A stretch of DNA of 64,000 bases. Origin: Octopus sinensis (taxonomy: Eukaryota). Location: positions 62,000,001-62,064,000 of the forward strand of contig NC_043003.1 of assembly GCF_006345805.1 (NCBI RefSeq), in the 5' to 3' direction. How positions within the stretch are numbered: the stretch's first letter is position 1; every line of letters begins with the position of its first letter. This document shows, piece after piece, positions 55,190 through 64,000 of the stretch. A program made the position numbers and the translations under genes. The notes beneath the pieces are model-generated. The model ran no database searches, was not told the DNA's origin, and worked only from the letters and a program-made list of their open reading frames with translations.

Positions 55190-55615
55190 ATATATAATTT
55201 AGACAGCTGCATGAAGAAATGCTGATCTCTAATTGTGGAGGGAACCTCTGGAAGGGGTAGGCTCAGGAAGATGTGAGACAAGGTGGTAAAATATCACCTT
55301 CAGTTACTGAGCCCTACAGAGATGTTAACAAGTGATTGAGACTTCTGATGATTTACTGTGCTTGAGAAGACACATCAAACTAAGTGACTTATGGTTGTGG
55401 CAAGTAAAAGGCACCTATGCTGATAACTGACATGTAAAAGGCACCTAGAACACTCTGTAAAGTGGTTGGCATTAGGAAGGGCATCCAGCCATAGAAACCA
55501 AGCCAAAACAGACAACAGGGGTCTGGTGCAGCTCTCCAGCGCACCAGTTCCAGTCAAACCATGTTACCCATGCGAGTATGGAAAACAGATGTTAAATGAT
55601 GATAATGTTGATGAC
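55190..55615 (+). mobile_element. RTE LINE 3' fragment with tail
   Basis: gtggagggaacctctggaaggggtaggctcaggaagatgtgagac (GR.RKTW-like), followed by the shared 3' UTR and (GAT)n. Confidence 0.8.
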
Positions 55616-57825
55616 GAAAATGTAAATTAATAGTTCTGTGCTGAAAGAAAGGGAGGGAAGTAGAAATGTCTTTGATGTTTTAAAGTTTGAGCTTTTCTTC
55701 AGAAAGTTAGACAGAAAGAATGGGTCGTGGGGTACAATTACAATGATTATGTACATTCTGTGTTACTTCATATGCACATATGTGTGCATTTGCATACACA
55801 CAATAGTAAATCTTTTACCAACATTCCAGAAAGTAGAAACATTCTCAGCAATAGAGGTGGTTTCTGACTTAGATTATTTCCTCTGTAAAAGATATTTGCT
55901 ATTGTTCCAGTTAACATGTAAAGCTTAAGCTATTAGGAGACCAACAGTCTTAACCTATTTAGGGCAAGTGATGATTTACAGAGGATTAACATTGCTGTTG
56001 GTTTCTCTGTCTGCAAATAGTCAACAGTGTGCCAATGCATATGCTGTCATGTTCTGCATCCAATTATTTGGTTGTGTGAAAAATATTTCATGGGGTTATT
56101 TTTTCACTAATATAGAGGGTAGGGAATTTCATAGCATTATTATTTTTCTAGGTTTATATTATATTTAGGTCTCATTAGCATTTGTTGATATATCCTCGTT
56201 TGGCTTGATGTCAAACATTGCTTTCATGTCATCTTTGCAGCTACTAAGAATAAGTTAACTATACAATTTTATTTGTATCTAACAATGATGAGGAATAAAT
56301 TAATCTCTGAAAGAATAATGCTTTATAACCCCACTTACAGCAGCATACTTACAGCACCACTTTTGATCACCTCTAATTTTGTCTTTGTGTATGAGGTTCT
56401 GTGATTTCCCTAAAGACCAATCTTGCTGTTTTGCTAACCTCTTTCAGTTTGTGATGTATGAATGCCACAACTAACTTAGTGAAAGGCTTTGATGAATTCA
56501 AAGTGTGTGTAGCAAGTACACATGATTTTCTAGATAGTTTGAAAGCCATCTGTATATATTTTGGGAAGGTGTAATTTAAGTGATACAGAATATTTTTTCA
56601 GTAAGGGTGATTCATCTTAGCATTGAATTGGTCTGATATTTTTAATTTCAAACCTAGAGGTTTATAAACTGTGAAACTTGCTGGAATGACTTCATTTATT
56701 TCTCTGTTTGTGAAGAGAATAATAGATATGTTTAGACTTTAAAAATTATAGTCTATTTGCTGAAGAATGAAAAGGCTGTGTTACAATACACCCATATACA
56801 TGTGTGTAATGAGAAAGAGTGTAACTTCCTAAGTTATCATTCTTTAGATAATTATTTTCAGCCCTTACATTTTGTTTGGAACACTTAATATGAGAACCTT
56901 GTTTATGTTTCTGTGTACACAATCAAGAAATAGTTCAGCTTTGGTGTTGTGTATTAGTTTGTAATTAGGATGCACTTATTGACCCTACACGTAAAACACA
57001 CTAAACCTAGATGTATATAAATATGTACTTGTCTTCCATGCATTTTACATATATTTTTGTGTTTAAACACTTGTTCTAAGAAATGTTCAAATTTAAAAAA
57101 AACACCCATGCTAGCATGGAAAGCGTACGTTAATCGATAATAATGATGATGATGAAGCTTGAACTCCCATGCCGGCATGAGCTGGAAAATAGTTGAAGAT
57201 CCACAAAAGAAGCATGTAAGATTTTTGTTTGATTTAAAGAGTGGTTCAATATTTAATTTTAATAGATCTTTCGTTTGTTGTACTAAAGCTTTTGTTAGAA
57301 GGATATATTTTGGATGAATTTTTATTCATAAATTCTATTTTATTAACTATTCATCATATTTTACAGTTTCAAATGTTTATTTGTTTTTCATCTAAAACAC
57401 TATCAATTGTTTCATATTAGGTTAACTTTTGTTTTTATATATGAATATGTTTGAAAACAGTCATCAAATATTTTTTGTGGCACTTGAAATGTTGCTTTAA
57501 AGCAACCCTAAAATTTCAGGAAAAAAATTTAAGCAATTGTTCTATCAATCAACTCTGACTGCTATTGTAGCTACTTTCACTTTTGCTATAAATAAAACTG
57601 CAATTATATTCTTACTCAAAAAATAGCTCTCTACTCAATAAAGTTTTTGAACAGTTTAACATATTATCACTATTACTGGTTTAATGTCTCATCTTGAATG
57701 GTCTATATTTGGCTGATATGATTTTGAAGTAGGACCTCCATATTTTACAAGCAGTTCTATATTGTTTTTTTAAAAATTTTTGTATGCAGTTGTCTATGCT
57801 AATATGGGTTAGGTGAATACATATT

Positions 57826-57962
57826 GGCTAAGTGGTAAGGAGCTTGGTTCTGGAACACGTAGTCTCAGGTTCTACCCCACTGTCTGACACCTTGGGCAAG
57901 CGTCTTCATTAGCCCTGGACTAATGTACGGGCATATGGTAGACAGAAACTGAAAGATGCCAA
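57826..57962 (+). mobile_element. Family-A SINE 5' part
   Basis: ggctaagtggtaaggagcttg...caccttgggcaagcgtcttc...ggtagacagaaactgaaaga followed by (CA)n. Confidence 0.7.
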
Positions 57963-58017
<55 letters not shown>

Positions 58018-58181
58018 CACTAATTATATACTATTTATTTATTATTTTGTACTTTATTTAGTTCTAGGTAAATGTTTTATCGTATATTTAGTTTTTTTCT
58101 AAATGGTATGGTTTAATTATATCATTGTTGAATTGCTACATGGTGGTTCTTCTCTAATTTATATACATATATATATATATA

Positions 58182-58743
58182 ACCAGCCCACTTAGGCGCA
58201 CCTTTCTTTCATTGGATACTAAACTCTGCTTGTGAAGACCTGTTGAGGCAAGTGAAATCGAAATCAAATTTGATGACAGCACCACTTGACTGGCATCCTT
58301 GCTAATGGAGCACTAAGAGCACCATCAGAGTGCGATCGTTCCAGAGTCGCTGACTGGCTTCCGTGCCGGTGGCATGTAAAAAGCACACTTTGAGCATGAT
58401 TGTTACCAGCATCGCCTTACTGGCACTTGTGCCGGTGGTACATGAAAAACAACGTTCAAACGAGGGTGTTGCCAGTGCCGATGGACTGGCTCCTGTGCAG
58501 GTGACATGTAAAAACACCATTTGAGCATGGCCGTTGCCAGTACTGCCTAACTGGCCCTTGTGCCGTTGGCATGTAAAAGCACCCACTACACTCTCAGAGT
58601 GGTTGGCATTAGGAAGGGCATCCAGCTGTAGAAACTCTGCCAGATCAGATTGGAGCCTGGTGCAGCCATCTGTTTCATCAGTCCCCAGTCAAACCATCCA
58701 ACCCATGCCAGCATGGAAAGCAGACGTTAAACGATGATGATGA
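58182..58743 (+). mobile_element. RTE 3'-end repeat with four or more tandem subunits and (GAT)n tail
   Basis: Repeated gccggtggcatgtaaaa(a)gcac; ends catggaaagcagacgttaaacgatgatgatgat. Confidence 0.9.
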
Positions 58744-58746
58744 TAG

Positions 58747-58794
<48 letters not shown>

Positions 58795-59080
58795 CAAAGT
58801 ATAGGACTTACTTCACAAGTGATCTAAACGATTAGGTACACTAAGTGCTGTAACGGATTACTTGGACTCATTAATACGTACCATTCACATTTTCCCAATT
58901 TTCCCCTATTTGTCTCTGATGACCTTTTTCCTATAATAATATTTTACATGACATGAGATGTTTACCTCTTTAACAATTATATATATATATATAAGGGAAT
59001 ATTATTCTAAACTTAAAGGGAAAAATTCAATTTAGAAATACTAAATCAAATTTCACAAAATATAATATACATATATATAT

Positions 59081-59350
59081 ATAAATTAGAAAAAGACCAC
59101 CTTTTATCAATTCAATAATGAAAAATTAAATTATACTATTTAGAAAGATCACATATTATAGAAAAGATAAAACACATAACGATGATTAAGTAATGTGCAA
59201 AATAATAAATGAATAAATAAATAAAAACTAAACAATTTGCACATTACTTAATCATCGTTATATGTTTTATCTTTTATTTAATCTTTCTAAATGGTATAAT
59301 TGAATTTTTCATTATTAAATTGATAAAAGGTGATTTTTTTTCTAATTTAT
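59081..59350. repeat. Fold-back element between (TA)n tracts
   Basis: Arms 59081-59201 and 59236-59350, e.g. ataacgatgattaagtaatgtgcaaa / tttgcacattacttaatcatcgttat. Confidence 0.9.
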
Positions 59351-59698
59351 ATATATATATATATATGTATGTATGTGTGTGTGTGTGTGTGTGTGTAGAT
59401 AAGTAAAGAAGTGGAGTTTAACTTCATCACTTTATTTATTTATGTGATACCAAAACATTTCACTAAACCCTGAAATTTCTACCTTTATAAGTAGGCTGTT
59501 ACATCCTTAGTACTTATGTGAATTTTTGCAACCCTGATAACTATTTATTTATTTTTTACATGTTATTTGTACACATTGAAAAAATACACATACATTTATA
59601 TATATATAAAGTTAATCCAAACAAGAAAGCACAAAAAAACACAACACGAGGATGTGGAACAAATATAGTATTATTGGACGCGAAGGAAAGAAGGAGGG

Positions 59699-59731
59699 TT
59701 TAACGTTTCAAGCGGAGCTCTTCGTCAGAAA
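59699..59731 (-). ncRNA. Minimal Penelope-type hammerhead motif
   Basis: Minus strand TTT-CTGACGA-a-GAGC tcc GCTT-GAAACGTT-AAA; palindromic stem III region with no loop. Confidence 0.65.
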
Positions 59732-59839
59732 CATAGGAGAAGGAAAGATCCAGAGAAGGGAAAACAGAGGAAAAAATCGCCAACGGTGCACACGCGGTCA
59801 CATTTTGAAATATATATATATACATACATACACACATGC

Positions 59840-59874
<35 letters not shown>

Positions 59875-60209
59875 GCTGGTTATAAAAACTCCAGAAGAGA
59901 GAGAGAGTAATAACGTGTACTAAGCCGTAAAGCAAGTAGCCATATCTAAGTGGCAAATGAATGTTATTACTAGTTTAACTCCAGGTGGATTCTCCACAAC
60001 TGATTTTCGGTGCAAGCTCTGCACCTTTACATACAATACATCTCTAGAAGAGTGTATACACACAGGGAAGTCCACATGGTGGTCTTCTCACTGTGTTTAA
60101 ATTATTTATACACTCTAATATTATAAAAATATTTGCCATATGACTTTTATTACATGTGGTAACCACTGGTGTTAATTGTTAGATCATTAATTTAATAAAT
60201 TTTACCCAG

Positions 60210-60240
<31 letters not shown>

Positions 60241-60241
<1 letters not shown>

Positions 60242-60578
60242 AATTTAAAAAATTAACATCTCTTACAGGTGTTTCAATTTTAGATCTTCAGAAAATTAAT
60301 TAATAAAATGAAAAATTATTTGAAAGTCGAATCTCTTCAGAGGTAGTTTAAGATATACAAAATAGGTGTTCAATTCCTGCATGTTAAGTATACAGCTGCA
60401 AAACATGGTTTGCAGCCATATACTTCACTCAGCATGCAGGGATTGAACACCTATTTTGTATATCTTAAACTACCTTTGACGAGATTCGACCTTCAAATAA
60501 TTTTAAATTTTATTAATTAATTTTCTGAAGGTCTAGAATTGAAACAGCTGTTAGAGATGTTGTCAATTTTTTACATTA
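60241..60578. repeat. About 340-bp hairpin whose arms each carry a hammerhead-like motif
   Basis: Arms 60241-60402 and 60409-60578 with 6-nt loop acatgg. Minus strand CTGAAGA...GAAACACCTGTA; plus strand TTGACGA...GAAACAGCTGTT. Confidence 0.88.
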
Positions 60579-60832
60579 CTGAATAATAATTTATTAATTG
60601 TCTCTCTATTTTCTTATCTTATCTAAATAAATAAATATGTATAAATAAATATGTATACATATAGTTACCTTACAGTTGAATATTAATTGTAATGTTCAAC
60701 ATTTTTTGTATAGGTAACTAACCAGTATTTTCATTGGATTTTACTATCTCTTAATGAGGTTTTTAACCTTTATTTGAACCAGTTGCACTGTCAGATTTTA
60801 ATGTGACGGTTATAAATTATTACTCAGTAGGC

Positions 60833-60885
60833 CACACTAATGAGGTTCAGGGTTTAAATACCTAAAAGCCGAAACCTGGTTTGTG
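60833..60885 (+). ncRNA. Degenerate hammerhead motif
   Basis: CACA-CTAATGA-ggttcagg...cctaaaagcc-GAAACCTGGTT-TGTG; G5-to-A change in the core. Confidence 0.5.
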
Positions 60886-61175
60886 AATATCCCTAATTGC
60901 TTAATATTTTTATTTTGTGCTGTTAGATGTTTTAATTCTTTCTGTTTTCCTCACATACTGTTTTTCTCTGCTATCTTGGTTTGGTACGGTGGAAAAATTT
61001 AAGACTTTAGCTCTTATTTCTAGCAGTTAGATGCTTGTAAAGCATCATTACACTTTGTGCAAATTTATAATTCATAGCTATATAATGCTATTGCGCCTGC
61101 AATCTACCTATGTCACTGCTGGTGATATGAAAAGTAGTGACATCTGATTTCAAATCTCAGTGTTTTAATGTTTTG

Positions 61176-61226
<51 letters not shown>

Positions 61227-61400
61227 GTAAGGTTAGTTGAGTTAGATGTTGGAATAACCATCTAAGAGATAAAAATATCCGTTATACTACCGATATAATT
61301 ACCTATGTTAACCCTGGACATACATATGCAAGCATATTATGCTAACAGGTTACAGATAATGACAAAGATAAACAGAGTTTATCAGAAATCAAATTTAAAG

Positions 61401-61895
61401 TAAACATGAAATGGAGAAATAATGATCAACAACAATTGACTAATATCAATTATTATGTCATATGTAAACAAACAAATAGACTGTATCCCATCTAACGGTT
61501 GTTTCTGCTTCCAATGTTATATGGTATTGCCACTGAAAATTCTGAAAATGATATTCATCATATTTGGTAATACATCCCAAAGTGACACATAAGCAAAATG
61601 GTATAATTTAAATATATTAAGCCTTTCATCTTCTTCTTGAGGCTCTTCTTTTTTTCTTTCCTTTTCCTTTATGTATTTTTCTTCACTCTGATGAAGCTTC
61701 AGATTCCTGATCGGATGTATTACCGAATATGATGAATATTATTTTCAGAATTTCCATTGGCAATACCGTATAATATTGGAAGCAGAAACAGCTGTTAGAT
61801 GGGATACAGTCTATTTGTATTTAATTAAAAAGTAATAATTGATGTAAGGCAATTGTTGTTGATCAATATTTCTCCATATTTTTCATTCATGTTTA
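61401..61895. repeat. Inverted repeat with hammerhead-like motif overlapping the right arm
   Basis: Arms 61401-61577 and 61713-61895. CTGATGA (61688)-a-gcttc...gaagc-a-GAAACAGCTGTT (61785-61796). Confidence 0.85.
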
Positions 61896-62004
61896 TCATA
61901 ATTTTATTATTTTAATTGTTATATGTCCCCATGGTTTCTGTGTGTGCCCCTTGTGGGTAAGAATCATTTTCATAAAAAGTTTTGATCTGTGCATGTTTCA
62001 TGTT

Positions 62005-62086
62005 TATCCTGATGAGGGAGTCATCGCTATGATGCACTTTAGTGTAAATGAACTGCGGTGGTGAGCTCCCAAAATGGCCATAGATA
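62005..62086 (+). ncRNA. Degenerate hammerhead motif
   Basis: TATC-CTGATGA-GGGAG...CTCCC-AAA-ATGGCCAT-A-GATA; only G12 is changed to A. Confidence 0.55.
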
Positions 62087-62099
62087 TATGTGAATGTTG

Positions 62100-62256
62100 A
62101 ATTTGACCTGTGATATCTGTTTATTATGAACTTTGGATGTACATGTGTGAAGGGAGTAAAAGACTTTTTTCAAGATGTATGTAAATTTGACCTGTGGAAG
62201 TCTGCTTACTTATGAACTTTGGACATACTTGTGTGAGGGAAGTAAAAGACTTTTTC
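62100..62256. repeat. Two-copy tandem repeat, about 84-bp period
   Basis: aatttgacctgtg...ttatgaactttgga...agtaaaagactttttt occurs twice. Confidence 0.8.
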
Positions 62257-62648
62257 AAATATTAAACAAAATTTTTGTTTTAATCTTTAAAAATATTTTA
62301 ATGGTCTGATAAAATCTTTTTAGTTGGTGGACATTTATTTTATTTTAGTTTTATTTTTATCTTTATTTTATATTTGTCCATTAGGCTTTTTGGTAGTTTT
62401 GAAATTTTAGTTGTTATATTTAACTTTTGACAAGCCATTCTATTTGTATTTTATTAGAATATATATATTTGTACCTTCTGTGATTTTATGTATATGTATT
62501 ATTTTTTTATGTGTTTGTAGACAATGGTGTTTTTTATATATGATTAAATGTTTGACAGGTGGTGGTGTATGTAAAGTCGTTGACCCAAATTTAATGTTCT
62601 ATAACCAATGCTTCTATATGTGTGTATATATATATTTATGTATGTGTG

Positions 62649-62693
<45 letters not shown>

Positions 62694-62734
62694 GTGTGTG
62701 TGTGTGTGGTATATATATATATATGTATAAATCT

Positions 62735-62801
<67 letters not shown>

Positions 62802-62804
<3 letters not shown>

Positions 62805-63720
62805 TCATCATCATTTAACGTCCGTTTTCCATGCTGGCATGGGTTGGACAGTTTGATAGGAGCTGACCAGCTGAAGAGGGGTTCAGACTCCATGTTTGTT
62901 TTGGCATGGTTTCTCTGGCTGGATGCCCTTTCTAGCACCAACCATTTTACAGACTGTATTGGGTGCTTTTATGCACCACTGGCATGAGTGCATTCTATGT
63001 GGCACCAATACCTACAAGCCCAGAAGATTAGGGATGCTCAGCTGGAGAAGATTACATGGAGTAAGCCTGTATGCAAGAGCAACCACACTTTTACTTAACT
63101 TGATATGTCTTTTCAAGCATGCAGACTACCAGTAGTCTCAGTCCTCTGTCATCCCCTCTGTAAGTCCCAACATCTGTAGATCCTTTCTCACCACTCTGTC
63201 CCACATCTTCCTGGGTCTACCATTTCCACATGTTTCCACATTGATACCTCTTGATGCAACTGTTTTCATTCATACACATTACATGGCCATACTAGGATAA
63301 TCATCTCTGTTGCATGCTACATCTAGTGTTATGTATATCAAGTTTTTCTCTTAAATCACATTCTGTCGTATATACACACTGACGTTACCTATCAAGTAAA
63401 ACCAACTGGCTTTATTTCTTGCAAGTCTTCGCACATCTTCAGTAGTCACAACTCATATCTCACTGCCATATAGCATAGTTGTTCATACACAGGCATCATA
63501 CAATCTGCCTTTTACTCTGAGGGAGAGGCCTTTCATTACTATCAGAAGTAGTAGTACTCTGAACTTCACCCAGCCTATTATTCTAGCAGCTATGCTCTCA
63601 GAGCAATCGCCACCTAAGTAACAGAAACTGTCTACTACTTCTAGGGATTCCTGCTGGCATGTGAGAGAATCTATTTTTTTTATACATTGCTGATGTTTAA
63701 TGTACCTGCACATCTGCCAC
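62802..63720 (-). mobile_element. RTE LINE 3' fragment with (ATC)n tail
   Basis: ESLEVVDSFCYLG...GWVKFRVLL...KGLSLRVKGRLYDACV on the minus strand, plus the shared 3' UTR. Confidence 0.88.
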
Positions 63721-63739
63721 ATGTAAAGTACCACCTAGA

Positions 63740-63900
63740 GTACCACCTTTAGTGAAACAAATTGACCCCAGGACACATTCTTTGTAAGCCTAGTACTTAT
63801 TCTGTCAGTCTATTTTGCCGAACCGCTAAGTTATGAGGATATCAATTCACCAGCATCGGTTGTGAAGCAATGGTAGGGGATAAACACAGACACACAAATA
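63740..63900 (-). mobile_element. Family-A SINE fragment
   Basis: ttgaccccaggac...tttgtaagcctagtacttattct...ttttgccgaaccgctaagtta. Confidence 0.8.
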
Positions 63901-64000
63901 TATACATAATCGAAGGGCCTTAGAGCTAACAAAGTCTTAATACGTAGGAAGGCAGACAAATCACAAATCCCTTCAGGTAGATGGCCCTGCTCGATCTGTA

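Noticed and set aside
58910-58935. tgtctCTGATGA motif
   Set aside because: No downstream stem II or GAAA; at best a truncated remnant.

Overview
AT-rich, microsatellite- and transposon-dense animal genomic DNA, most likely an octopus or other coleoid cephalopod (inferred from the SINE/RTE/mariner content; not verifiable here). None of the supplied ORFs is a real host gene. The window is the interior of a large-intron SPO11 (meiotic DSB transesterase) gene on the + strand. Four short exons are readable at 6236-6344, 36283-36369, 44464-44500 and 45913-46019; they include the catalytic DIYY motif and the TOPRIM VEKDATF motif. The intron at 44501-45912 looks like a minor-spliceosome (U12) intron with non-canonical GT...AT ends. 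The introns hold decayed mariner, CR1, RTE and Gypsy-derived elements, MITEs and SINEs. The most notable non-coding finds are: (i) an apparently intact type I hammerhead ribozyme, sense to the SPO11 pre-mRNA, about 300 nt upstream of an exon and inside a 333-bp terminally redundant retrozyme-like unit; and (ii) a nest of (TA)n-embedded fold-back elements carrying several Penelope-type minimal hammerhead motifs at about 58.7-62.3 kb. All alignments were made by eye; repeat boundaries are approximate unless TSDs or TIRs are quoted.
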